A DNA stretch of 64,000 nt from Candidatus Omnitrophota bacterium (GTDB lineage Bacteria; Omnitrophota; Gorgyraeia; Zapsychrales; Fredricksoniimonadaceae), in the NCBI GenBank assembly GCA_015233675.1, contig JADFXH010000004.1, positions 136,492 through 200,491 of the forward strand, read 5' to 3'. Under the pieces are notes generated by a model. It had not been told where the DNA came from. It saw only the letters and a program-made list of their open reading frames with translations, and searched no databases. Position 1 is the first letter of the stretch; every line of letters starts with the position of its first letter. Below, one piece after another: positions 49,073-57,904 of this stretch. A program made the translations under genes and the position numbers.

Positions 49073-49489
49073 AAGGTCCTCTTCTGGATCATATCTGTCC
49101 CACTCTGGGCTTAATTGTTGACTTTCCCTCTTCAGCTCTGCTTTCAAAGAATCAAGAATGAAACCATCGATCCTCTTCCAAATATACGAAGCAAAACGGA
49201 CAGGCTTAAAGTTACCCTCTTTATCACGATATCTCAAATTATACGTTTTAATTTTCTCGTAAAGAATAAACGTGGCATCGGATAAAATCTCTTCACCAAA
49301 GCCCTCGACATACACCGGGAAAGTTTTCTTATAAATCCTAAAGATAACAAATTTAGTATGACGAAGAACCAGCTCTTCAATTTCTTTCTTGGAACCCTTT
49401 TTTGCTTTAGCTATAAGGCGACGTTCTTCAAGGAGAGAAATTCGGGGGTATTTTGGTAAGGTGTGAAGATAATCAATTAACACTTTCAA
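49061..49489 (-). CDS. Sigma-70 region-1.2/2-only protein (142 aa), copy 2
   Basis: Differs from copy 1 at roughly one nucleotide in ten by eye over ~430 bp. The C-terminal ~15 aa diverge. Confidence 0.65.
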   Translation of the reverse strand: MKVLIDYLHTLPKYPRISLLEERRLIAKAKKGSKKEIEELVLRHTKFVIFRIYKKTFPVYVEGFGEEILSDATFILYEKIKTYNLRYRDKEGNFKPVRFASYIWKRIDGFILDSLKAELKRESQQLSPEWDRYDPEEDLVHL

Positions 49490-49495
49490 AAAGAA

Positions 49496-50581
49496 TCAAA
49501 TCTTGCGATATCTCGTTGTAGCTCCAAGCCCAATCCGTTCGATCTTTTTTAAAACCAGCAACTTGTTCAATACCTGTTTAACTGTTGGACGGGCCACCTT
49601 TGTCTTCGCACAAATCTCCCCCGGAGTCGTTTCATCAACACCCTGCAAATACTTCCAAATCACAAGCTGTTTAGGAGAAAGAAGTTTGTCTACACTTTCC
49701 TTCGACAGCAGCTGGATCGCCATTTCTGCCTGCTTGTGAATAACTGATAAAAAGAAATCAAGCCAAGGAGAAATATCCGGCTTGCAGCTGCGCATTGTCT
49801 TCTGACTCTTACGCAAAGCAATATAATAATCCGCCTTACTATCCTCGATAAGCTTCTCATGTGATAGATAGAGCACATACTCATACCCGTTCTTTAGCAA
49901 CAGGAGATTCGTTAAAACACGAGAAAGCCGTCCATTACCATCCTGAAAGGGATGGATCAAGAGAAACTCAACAAGAAAATTACCAATAATGATCAGAGGA
50001 TGATATCTTTTCTCATCAAAGGCCTTTCTAGTAACTTCAACCAACTCCAACATTTCCTTAGGCGTCAAATATGCCGGTGTTGTATCGAACAAAAGACCAA
50101 CCGATTTCCCTGCTGTGTCGATCATATGAACCTTATTTTCGCTCTTCTTATATTCTCCCCGATGCAACTTATCTTTATCCACGTATTTCAACAACTCTTT
50201 ATGAAAATGTTTAATCGTACTCTCTGAAATAGATATACCATCCCATGACTCAAAAATATTACTGAGAAGTTCATAATATCCTCGCACTTCCTGCTTGTCA
50301 CGGTCAGCAAACTTTTGAACTGATAATCCTCGCATAAGTCTCTCTATGTCTTCATCAGATAGACTGGAGCCTTCAATACGGGTGGAAGCGCCAGTTGATG
50401 TGATCAAAACCGAACGCTTAAGGCGTCCTAATACCTGTGGATTAAGTGTTGCCCCTGATATCCATCGCCCCTTTAGCTCATCAATAAGGGCAGTCTTAGA
50501 CCATATCTCTGGGGGAAGATCCTTTAATCTTTGATAAAATTGACTTTTCATAACTCCTCCGATATATTCAACTATATCCAA
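49496..50581 (-). CDS. Fic-family protein with a C-terminal winged-helix (MarR-like) region
   Basis: Active site HPFQDGNGRLSRVL and inhibitory motif STRIEG. Only distantly related to the Fic at 43388..44527. Confidence 0.9.
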   Translation of the reverse strand: MDIVEYIGGVMKSQFYQRLKDLPPEIWSKTALIDELKGRWISGATLNPQVLGRLKRSVLITSTGASTRIEGSSLSDEDIERLMRGLSVQKFADRDKQEVRGYYELLSNIFESWDGISISESTIKHFHKELLKYVDKDKLHRGEYKKSENKVHMIDTAGKSVGLLFDTTPAYLTPKEMLELVEVTRKAFDEKRYHPLIIIGNFLVEFLLIHPFQDGNGRLSRVLTNLLLLKNGYEYVLYLSHEKLIEDSKADYYIALRKSQKTMRSCKPDISPWLDFFLSVIHKQAEMAIQLLSKESVDKLLSPKQLVIWKYLQGVDETTPGEICAKTKVARPTVKQVLNKLLVLKKIERIGLGATTRYRKI

Positions 50582-50653
50582 TTATATCTGATTATATCCA
50601 ATTGTCAAACTTAACAATCAGACATAATGCTAGTATCCAATTGTATCCAGCGA

Positions 50654-51151
50654 TTATCGCTCCTTCCAAGGCAGATCAGGATCTCCCGGTGACCAAATAA
50701 GAACACCGTCTCCATCCTTCGCTGCTTTAACAGCCATCTCCAAGGCATCCAAACCATCATCATGTGCCCCTTTAGGGAAAAATTTCATCTGTTCTAGAAG
50801 CATATGATGTTTCTTGGAAAATTGAATAGCCCCACTTTTGACCATTGGCTGCAAGGCTTCTATACGCGCCCCCTTGTCTCCAGTATGATTTATCCCCTCA
50901 ATAGGAATACTAACACCCTTTTCCCGGCTGCGTTGCTCTAAAATATCCTTCACAAACTCCTGAAATTGATTTGTTTCAAAATAAAATCTTTGGTAATTAC
51001 GATATCCGCCATATGTGATAAGCGTATTTATAAGGTGATCTGGGAGTCGAATTGCTAAATCTGCATCCAATACATAAAGCTTCCCTCCTTAGCAATTGTA
51101 ATAATGGCCGAATAATCTCCCCGTCTCTTATTTTTTCCGACACTTGGGTCA
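50654..51151 (-). pseudogene. Remnant of a phage terminase large subunit (nuclease half only, with one frameshift)
   Basis: ..FPKGAHDDGLDALEMAV.. and GKLYVLDADL in one frame. DPSVGKNKRRGDYSAIITIAKEG lies in another frame just upstream. The ATPase half is absent. Confidence 0.7.
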
Positions 51152-51218
51152 TATCAATTCCACTATGTCTAAATAAAAGCTCTATTGAATCCAAAACTAA
51201 ATAAATTTAAGATATTTG

Positions 51219-51369
51219 CATTAACTAAGACCTCAATTAGATAGGATTCTGCCACTTTTAACCAATTTTGGCAATCTTTTATGATCTATGGAATGTCAGT
51301 TAATGATGGTAGGATAATTGGTAAGAATGCAGCTCGAAGTATCGCCCTAAGTCCTAACAAAATCGACAG
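51219..51369. repeat. Copy 2 of the ~150-bp diverged direct repeat (copy 1 at 31704-31853)
   Basis: See copy 1. Confidence 0.8.
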
Positions 51370-51373
51370 ATGC

Positions 51374-51410
51374 AAAAAGCCTTGGGGATCAATGATCACC
51401 AAGGCTTTTT
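51374..51410. terminator. Bidirectional rho-independent terminator
   Basis: AAAAAGCCTTGG-GGATCAATGATCA-CCAAGGCTTTTT. Confidence 0.75.
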
Positions 51411-51536
51411 CCTATCTTTTGGGTTTCCCCTAATAAAGATAAATGTGGTTTTGCTCGGGACTCTAATTCAAATTATTTTTTCTTTAAGTTTCGTCCCCCT
51501 CCTGTCAGGTTTTGTAAAATTCTCTCTTTTGACGTT

Positions 51537-51620
51537 CTTAGTTAATTAAGAAATATTTGAAAAAATGGCATTAACTACGGGCCATTAACTAGGATTCAAA
51601 TTGATAGGAAATGCCATTTT
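51537..51620. other. Cluster of TTAGTTAAT/ATTAACTA half-sites next to the serine recombinase gene; candidate recombination site
   Basis: CTTAGTTAAT (51537-51546) and CATTAACTACG (51569-51579) form an imperfect inverted repeat. They are followed by a partial copy of the 150-bp repeat start (CATTAACTAGGATTCAAATTGATAGGA, 51583-). Confidence 0.35.
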
Positions 51621-51716
51621 ATCGACGATCTTAGGCAATTTTATCCTATCTTTCTTGATTTAGTTAATCTTAATACTCTCCGACGGATAATCGCCATTTC
51701 CCGACGACGCATCTCT

Positions 51717-53642
51717 TTACGTCCCTAGGACATAAAAAATCCCCCGACAGTTGTCACCGTCGAGGATTTGTCGTAAGTCGTTGTGCTGCAACGATTTACA
51801 ATAAATGGGGTCGCTAATGTTGCCCTGTGCGAACTTTTTATCTTCCTCTACGTATAACTTATTCTCGGCACAGTAGTTCGAGGCCCCAATACTACACGCA
51901 CAATTGATTTTCTTCTCTTTATGCGGCTTTACCGCAAGTTTTGCGGTACTATTAAGCATCTTACCACTGTTACATGCTTCGGCAATCTTTTTAAGGGTTT
52001 CATTCCAAATTTCTGCATTTGCCCCACGAGAAAAAGGTCTTCCGAAAAGCCCAATTTTAAGCTTACCAATACCCTTCTCTTTATCTATTATTTCACATTG
52101 AACCGAATTAATGAAGCGTGGTATTAAAGCCTGTACACGCTCTTTATTATCCTGATTTAATGTATAAAAATCATCAAAGAGTTGGAGGGCTTGGATACAT
52201 CCTCGTGCCGTACTGGCCTGGGTCTTTTCAGCTTCTATTTCTCTCTTTATATCTTTCTCTTGAACTTCTAAGCTGTCTTTCTCAATATTTAAATTTTCGA
52301 GCTTTTGTTTTATGGCACCTACTTTAGCCATGCCTTGGTCAGCCAATATTTCAACTAAATTGGCTATTTTTGTTCTAATGTCTTTTAAAGTACCCTGGAC
52401 TCTACCCAAATCTTGTTCCAAATTATTTAGGGTCGAATCAGTTGATTGGTTGGCACGGCCAACAATTCCTTCAACAATTTTTAGTTCTAAACGCAAATGT
52501 CTTAGAGTTTCAACAAGAGTATTATCTACGGCTTCTGCTGATAGATAATTTACTTCCTTACAATCTATTCCATGCGTCTTATTTGCCTTCATACACATAT
52601 AATATGGATAGTATTTGCCGCCCCTGCCAATTGCAGGTCTGGCAATCATACTTGAACCACATTTTGAACATTTTAGAACGCTCTTACCCAAATAAGTGTA
52701 TTTATTGCTCGAAGTAGTGGGGCTATGATTTGTACTCCTATTGTGATTAAGAATATTCTGGATTATATTTTGTGTTTCTATGGAGCGAATGGCATCCCAA
52801 TTTCCAGGATAAATTTCACCCTCATGTTCTTGACGGGCTGTGTATCTAATATTTTGGAGTATTCTTGAGACCTGCGGGAAAGAATAGGTATTACCTTTAG
52901 GTGATTTATAACCCTTTCTATTAAGCTCATCCACAACTTTATAGATGCTTTTTTCCCGTTGATATGTCTTATCAATGGATAGTACGTGTTTTTTATAAAC
53001 GGGGTCAATCTCAAAGGTTGTTTTATCATTTACATCTTTTCCTTTTCGGTAACCAACAGGCGGTGGCCCTATTGGTCTTCCTTGTTCAAGATGTCTTTGG
53101 ACAGTTTCAATGCTGTATTGAGCTATGCGTTCAGCTTGCCATTGTGCCAAATTAGCATGATTACGCATAATCATTTGACCGTCTGGCGTTGACGTATCAA
53201 TATCCAAATCCAAACAAACAAGAGCCACTTCATTCTCATTAAATTCCCGAGAAATATCCATGTAATCTGTAACATTTCTGGCAAGCCTATCCAATTTAGT
53301 GACGACCACAACATCAATCACTTTTAATCTGGTAAGTTCAAGCGCCTTTGCGAGACCTTGTCTTCCTTCTCGTTTTGTTGCGCTACGTCCTTTTCTTTTA
53401 CCATCTGAATCTTCATTTTCAACGTACACCTCAACAAGCTTCCACTCTTGTGGAGCATGTAGACTTGATTTTGCTTTAACCCAATTCTGTAACACTTCCT
53501 TCTGATGGTCTAAGGATTCACCGACCTTCTTAGCTTGTTTGTCCGTCGAAACACGGACAATCCCAAAGACTCTTACTGTGGATGAATCTTTGAAACTATG
53601 TATCGTAGTAACATTTCGCCAACGAGTGGATTTTTTAATCAT
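51717..53642 (-). CDS. Large serine recombinase (integrase type)
   Basis: Resolvase catalytic domain (VFGIVRVSTDKQ, VVVTKLDRLARN), a recombinase domain, a zinc-ribbon (CSKCGS...YYMC...C) and a long coiled-coil region; 641 aa. Confidence 0.9.
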   Translation of the reverse strand: MIKKSTRWRNVTTIHSFKDSSTVRVFGIVRVSTDKQAKKVGESLDHQKEVLQNWVKAKSSLHAPQEWKLVEVYVENEDSDGKRKGRSATKREGRQGLAKALELTRLKVIDVVVVTKLDRLARNVTDYMDISREFNENEVALVCLDLDIDTSTPDGQMIMRNHANLAQWQAERIAQYSIETVQRHLEQGRPIGPPPVGYRKGKDVNDKTTFEIDPVYKKHVLSIDKTYQREKSIYKVVDELNRKGYKSPKGNTYSFPQVSRILQNIRYTARQEHEGEIYPGNWDAIRSIETQNIIQNILNHNRSTNHSPTTSSNKYTYLGKSVLKCSKCGSSMIARPAIGRGGKYYPYYMCMKANKTHGIDCKEVNYLSAEAVDNTLVETLRHLRLELKIVEGIVGRANQSTDSTLNNLEQDLGRVQGTLKDIRTKIANLVEILADQGMAKVGAIKQKLENLNIEKDSLEVQEKDIKREIEAEKTQASTARGCIQALQLFDDFYTLNQDNKERVQALIPRFINSVQCEIIDKEKGIGKLKIGLFGRPFSRGANAEIWNETLKKIAEACNSGKMLNSTAKLAVKPHKEKKINCACSIGASNYCAENKLYVEEDKKFAQGNISDPIYCKSLQHNDLRQILDGDNCRGIFYVLGT

Positions 53643-53721
53643 ATACTCACCATAAATTGATTATTGTTTTGTTTGGGTAACATCACTTAGATTATATACT
53701 ATTGTTAGAATTTTATCAACC

Positions 53722-53934
53722 CTACTTTGGCGTTCTCCTGTCTGGATTTTTTCGACAGGTTTCAGCCCATAAAATCCCAAAGATATCCACCAAATCCTTT
53801 ATCCTTTCTTCCTCTGGTAGATTTATATAGGGATTGCTCGGATTTTCTAACAATTCTGGACACGTTTCACAATCAACGATTTCAACCTTAAAGGAATGAA
53901 TTACTTTCTTGGAGGAGGGATTATTTTGTGACAT
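53722..53934 (-). CDS. Small hypothetical protein (mobile-element block)
   Basis: ORF with a GGAGG SD before MSQNNPSSKK. The longer ORF-track form (to 54060) overlaps the next gene. Confidence 0.4.
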   Translation of the reverse strand: MSQNNPSSKKVIHSFKVEIVDCETCPELLENPSNPYINLPEEERIKDLVDIFGILWAETCRKNPDRRTPK

Positions 53935-54121
53935 AGTCATCATCCTCCCCATTACCGCACAGAAGACCAGCAAAACAATCAGCTTCCTGTCTTTCAAGTC
54001 CATCGGTTTCTTGGTTGACTTTCCTGACTTTTTCTTTGATGACCTTACTTCTAAAATCATACCTTGGCTTTGGCTTCTCCTCTGGCTTAACCATTTGGAG
54101 AAATTCTCTTAGGTAAATCAT
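53921..54121 (-). CDS. Small hypothetical protein
   Basis: 66-aa ORF in a tightly packed minus-strand series. Confidence 0.4.
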   Translation of the reverse strand: MIYLREFLQMVKPEEKPKPRYDFRSKVIKEKVRKVNQETDGLERQEADCFAGLLCGNGEDDDYVTK

Positions 54122-54200
54122 TTTTTCATCTCCTTTTTAATGTTTAACGTATTTTACGGGGCCAATGGGTTCAAAATTCCCAAAGGCCCCGTTTACTTCC

Positions 54201-54407
54201 TTAATAATATCGTTCTTCTGGTCTTGTTGATTTTTCATACTTAATATTTTTCTCGGCTTGAATCAACGAGTCATAATCGAGACGTGATAACAGATTTTCG
54301 ATTTTTTCTCTTATCTCGATTATTTCTTTTTCTCTGATACATTGTTCTTCTAATCTTGCCCTTTCCTGTTCTTCCAGCTCCATCATCCAATTCTTAACTT
54401 TACCCAT
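54201..54407 (-). CDS. Small coiled-coil hypothetical protein
   Basis: 68-aa Glu/Arg-rich ORF. Confidence 0.45.
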   Translation of the reverse strand: MGKVKNWMMELEEQERARLEEQCIREKEIIEIREKIENLLSRLDYDSLIQAEKNIKYEKSTRPEERYY

Positions 54408-54446
54408 AGTGTTTTCCTTTCAGTTTGTTGTTCTAATTTCGATTCA

Positions 54447-54986
54447 TTAACGTTTTCCTAAAATCCGAGAAATAAGCCTCTTAAAATTATCGCCCAGCCC
54501 ATTCTCTTTAAATAAGGGTGCGGTCAGCTCATTCAATTTCTGAACCTTATTCTTAAATTCTTCTTGTTCTGACTCACTCCTAAATTCGGAAACCTCACGT
54601 CCTATTATTTTTAATAGGCGATAATCGTCGCAACTGCCTTTACCGCAAATCTTGACCACAAAATATAGGCTCAAATATTTTTTAATCAAATCCGAGAATT
54701 TCATTTTTCGATATTTGTCAACATTTTGCGCTTCAACCTCGGCCTTTTTCATCTGTGCTTTTTCTTTGGCCTCTTTTTGTTTTGCCCACATTAGTTCATG
54801 GCGTTTTCTATTCTCCTCCATGCGTTTTTTCTTTCTGTCCTCTAATATCTGACAATCTCTATAAGACTCTTTCCACCATTCGTCTTTAAGCTTGACGCAA
54901 AACTTTTCAAGCTTCTCCCAAAGTTCTGGATGGTCATAAACAAATGCTAATTTCCTATCTAAAATAATCGGTGATTTAGCGTTCAT
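54447..54986 (-). CDS. Hypothetical protein with a Lys/Glu-rich central helix
   Basis: 179-aa ORF; no recognisable motif. Confidence 0.5.
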   Translation of the reverse strand: MNAKSPIILDRKLAFVYDHPELWEKLEKFCVKLKDEWWKESYRDCQILEDRKKKRMEENRKRHELMWAKQKEAKEKAQMKKAEVEAQNVDKYRKMKFSDLIKKYLSLYFVVKICGKGSCDDYRLLKIIGREVSEFRSESEQEEFKNKVQKLNELTAPLFKENGLGDNFKRLISRILGKR

Positions 54987-55065
54987 AACATTTCTCCTTT
55001 AAATCTCTGCATTATCGAAATTGATTTTATCTTTGGCCGTGTCAGCCAATTCCCCGTAGGGTTAT

Positions 55066-55899
55066 TTAAAGCTTATCTTTGGTCATCAGCTTAAAATATC
55101 TTCTTGTTGACCTGATACTTTTATGCCCCATCAACCGTTGAAGGTCTTGTAAACTCACACCTTGTTCTAAACAACGAACAGCCCATGAAATCCTAAATAG
55201 CTTTGGATAAATCCTTCTGCCGTCCAACATGTCTTTTTTATTTATATGTCGGCACATATAGTTAATCTTTCCGATGGTAAGATTAAAGGCATTTATTTCT
55301 TCCTCAAACTTTCGGAAATGATATTGCAGATTGTTCCTAAAATTCGTCGGAATACGAATAACCCTGTTTATATCTTCGTTGGTGATTTGAAGGACACATT
55401 GCCGTCCATCTGGCTCATCCTTAAAAGTAATATCCCTTCTGGACAAGACCAATATTTGTCTTACGGATAAACCCGTGTAAAACATGAAGGAGAATACAAA
55501 GAACCGAGAACGCACTGGCTCGAAACAATACCGATTGACCATATAATTGATTTTGTTCAAATCGTCCTCGGTAAGTGGACTTAGAGCCTTCCTTTTTATG
55601 TACTTCTGTTTGGGCAAAGCAACTCCTTTGACTCTTAAAAAATTAAAACACTTTCCTAACGCCCAAATTATTTGATTTATTTTTACCTGGGAAACTCCCT
55701 CGCTCTGTAACTTTGCAATATGGTCAGCAACCATTTGTGTCGTCACTTGAGACAAATCTTTTACAGGGTTCTGACAAAAGAAATGCCTTGCGTGAGTACC
55801 TGCGTGTTTGGCCGTGGCTCGTGACTTATGCTTTATTTCGATGAGGTTATCCTCAAAAGCTTGAAGTAACTGCTCCATGTTCAAATTCTCCTTATCCAA
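55066..55899 (-). CDS. Tyrosine recombinase (phage-integrase family), paralog B
   Basis: YTGLSVRQ box and LMGHKSIRSTRRYFKL (His...Tyr nucleophile box). Overlaps paralog A by 8 nt. Confidence 0.8.
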   Translation of the reverse strand: MDKENLNMEQLLQAFEDNLIEIKHKSRATAKHAGTHARHFFCQNPVKDLSQVTTQMVADHIAKLQSEGVSQVKINQIIWALGKCFNFLRVKGVALPKQKYIKRKALSPLTEDDLNKINYMVNRYCFEPVRSRFFVFSFMFYTGLSVRQILVLSRRDITFKDEPDGRQCVLQITNEDINRVIRIPTNFRNNLQYHFRKFEEEINAFNLTIGKINYMCRHINKKDMLDGRRIYPKLFRISWAVRCLEQGVSLQDLQRLMGHKSIRSTRRYFKLMTKDKL

Positions 55900-56719
55900 C
55901 TATTTCTTTATTGAGCGACTTAATTTCTTTTTGAGTCAGCAATTTCAAATATCTTTTTGTTGACCTGATGTTCTTATGACCCATTAACTTTTGTAGTTCT
56001 TGGAGGCTCATTCCCTGCTCCAAACAACGGCAGGCAAATGAAACCCTATATAACTCGGAACTTACCCTGCGGCCATCACCCAATATGTCGTATTGATTCA
56101 GGTACTTGCACATGTAATTCATATTGGCGACGCTGACATTAAATGCGTTTGTATCTTCTGGCCACCACCTAAGATAATGTTGCAACTCCGCACTAAAATC
56201 CTTTGAAACAGCAACCTTTCTATTGAGGCCCTCTTTGGTAATTTCGAGGGTGGATTCACATTCTCCTGACTCATCGGTGAATTTAAAATCCACGTAGCTT
56301 AGAGTCATAATGTCTTTGACTCGTAGGCCCGTATAAAAAATGAGCCTAAGCACATGCCTTCGTACCAATATTGGTTCCAGGGTGTTCATGTAAATCCAAT
56401 GCTCTATGGCCTCTATTTCGTCGTCTGCCAGTGGACGGATGGCATTATTGGGCCGTTTTTGCCTGGGAAATTCAAGTCCAGGCACATTGGCCCACTTGAA
56501 AAACAACCGTAAGGCCCATATCGCTTGGTTCACCCTGGCCTGGGAACGACCTTCCAGCTTGGTCACATAGTCCAATATCTGTTGGGTCTTCACTTGTGAG
56601 AGACTTTGCATCTTAGTTTCGTACAAGAACCCCCTCACATAAATCAAGGCATGTTTAACCGTACTCATTGTCTTACCCTGTTTAAGATAATCCTCAAAGC
56701 TCTGTAACGTCTGGTACAT
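55892..56719 (-). CDS. Tyrosine recombinase (phage-integrase family), paralog A
   Basis: YTGLRVKD box and LMGHKNIRSTKRYLKL. Collinear with paralog B. Confidence 0.8.
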   Translation of the reverse strand: MYQTLQSFEDYLKQGKTMSTVKHALIYVRGFLYETKMQSLSQVKTQQILDYVTKLEGRSQARVNQAIWALRLFFKWANVPGLEFPRQKRPNNAIRPLADDEIEAIEHWIYMNTLEPILVRRHVLRLIFYTGLRVKDIMTLSYVDFKFTDESGECESTLEITKEGLNRKVAVSKDFSAELQHYLRWWPEDTNAFNVSVANMNYMCKYLNQYDILGDGRRVSSELYRVSFACRCLEQGMSLQELQKLMGHKNIRSTKRYLKLLTQKEIKSLNKEIVG

Positions 56720-56723
56720 TGAA

Positions 56724-57077
56724 TCAGCCTTCCTCTCTGGGGCAGGTCGGAAGGATTTTATGGGCCAATTTGCTTTCCAATGCCTTAATGAATTTTCCGT
56801 TATAATCTGGCCTTCTTTTAAAGGCCCCTAACTCGATAATACGGGTCAAATAAGCTTTATCTATGTCCACTATCAATAGACCATCATCCGTGGCCCGTTT
56901 ATTCAAAATTGGGGTCTCTTTTTCCAGTAGAACCCCCTGTTTTGGCCTATAAATATGGAGTCTCAAAACTTCATCCGAGTATTTAAAGACCTCTGCATAA
57001 TTGAGGAGCAAAAATTCTTCTCCACATTCGTCAAACCAGACCAAACGCTTGTATTGTTGCGGTAATAAGTCTTTCAT
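56724..57077 (-). CDS. Hypothetical protein (117 aa)
   Basis: ORF overlapping the Rep-like gene stop by 4 nt. Confidence 0.5.
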   Translation of the reverse strand: MKDLLPQQYKRLVWFDECGEEFLLLNYAEVFKYSDEVLRLHIYRPKQGVLLEKETPILNKRATDDGLLIVDIDKAYLTRIIELGAFKRRPDYNGKFIKALESKLAHKILPTCPREEG

Positions 57078-57523
57078 AAACTTTTTCCTTTCCCCCGATA
57101 GCGGGAGTTAATTTTAAAGAAGTCGAAGAACTCTATCTTTGACTCAACATTCTTTTTGGCGATATATTCAGGTACGCCTTCATGCATAGGTTTAGCTTTG
57201 CTCTGGCCAAATTGCCTGATGCACCTTTTTTCAATCTCTGGGCAATGCTGGGGGTCTATCCTGCTTAGTACGGCGTGGATATGGAACCCCTTGAACCGAT
57301 TCTTTTCACAAAACACCAGGGCTTCCGTGTACTTATCGAAGAAGACCTGCCCAGGGCGGTTCAAATTTTTAAAGAACCTTTTAAAAACTTTCATAGCTTC
57401 GTGTTCGTTCATACCCTCAAAGATGGGCCTAAAAGTAACTGTGAGCCATACTGTCCAATCCCTGATTTTCAAAAACTTCTTCCAATCATTTTTTACTTGT
57501 TCTACTTGATTAACTGACTTCAT
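57074..57523 (-). CDS. Small HUH-superfamily rolling-circle Rep-like protein (tentative)
   Basis: Motif I WLTVTF, motif II GFHIHAVLS (preceded by VFCEKN) and motif III PEYIAKKN, in the canonical order and spacing. Confidence 0.55.
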   Translation of the reverse strand: MKSVNQVEQVKNDWKKFLKIRDWTVWLTVTFRPIFEGMNEHEAMKVFKRFFKNLNRPGQVFFDKYTEALVFCEKNRFKGFHIHAVLSRIDPQHCPEIEKRCIRQFGQSKAKPMHEGVPEYIAKKNVESKIEFFDFFKINSRYRGKGKSL

Positions 57524-57527
57524 ACTC

Positions 57528-57791
57528 TTAACCTTTCTTCTTAATTATTTCTTTTAGTGGATACACGAATCCCTCAAGAACAATCTTATGGATTGCCTTA
57601 AAAGACCCCTCTTTCGCCAACAAGGAATAAGCCTGTGGCAAGGGGTGACAGGCCAGTATCTCGGCCCAATCGTATATGTGATTATTCTGTTTTGCATACC
57701 TTTGTCCTAAAACGGAGCTATCTTTGGTATATAAATGCCTTTTACTGGCGAGCGGATATAAAAGCTCGCCCAAGGCATAATTAAGCCCCAA
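57528..57791 (-). CDS. Hypothetical protein (87 aa)
   Basis: ORF that is first in the minus-strand series leaving the repeat region. Confidence 0.4.
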   Translation of the reverse strand: MGLNYALGELLYPLASKRHLYTKDSSVLGQRYAKQNNHIYDWAEILACHPLPQAYSLLAKEGSFKAIHKIVLEGFVYPLKEIIKKKG

Positions 57792-57904
57792 ATGGAGCCA
57801 AATGCCTAATCTTCATGGTCAAAACTGTTAAGTGGAGCAGTCTATCGGTTTGGATACGACAAGCGGCACTTAGATGATTTATGGGGAAGATGCTTTTTCC
57901 CGCT

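Noticed and set aside
49489-49498. Fic2 and sigma-like 2 lie in the same reading frame, separated by one TGA (possible readthrough fusion)
   Set aside because: The other pair (Fic1 and sigma-like 1) is not in the same frame, so programmed readthrough is not a shared feature. The frame match is treated as coincidence.
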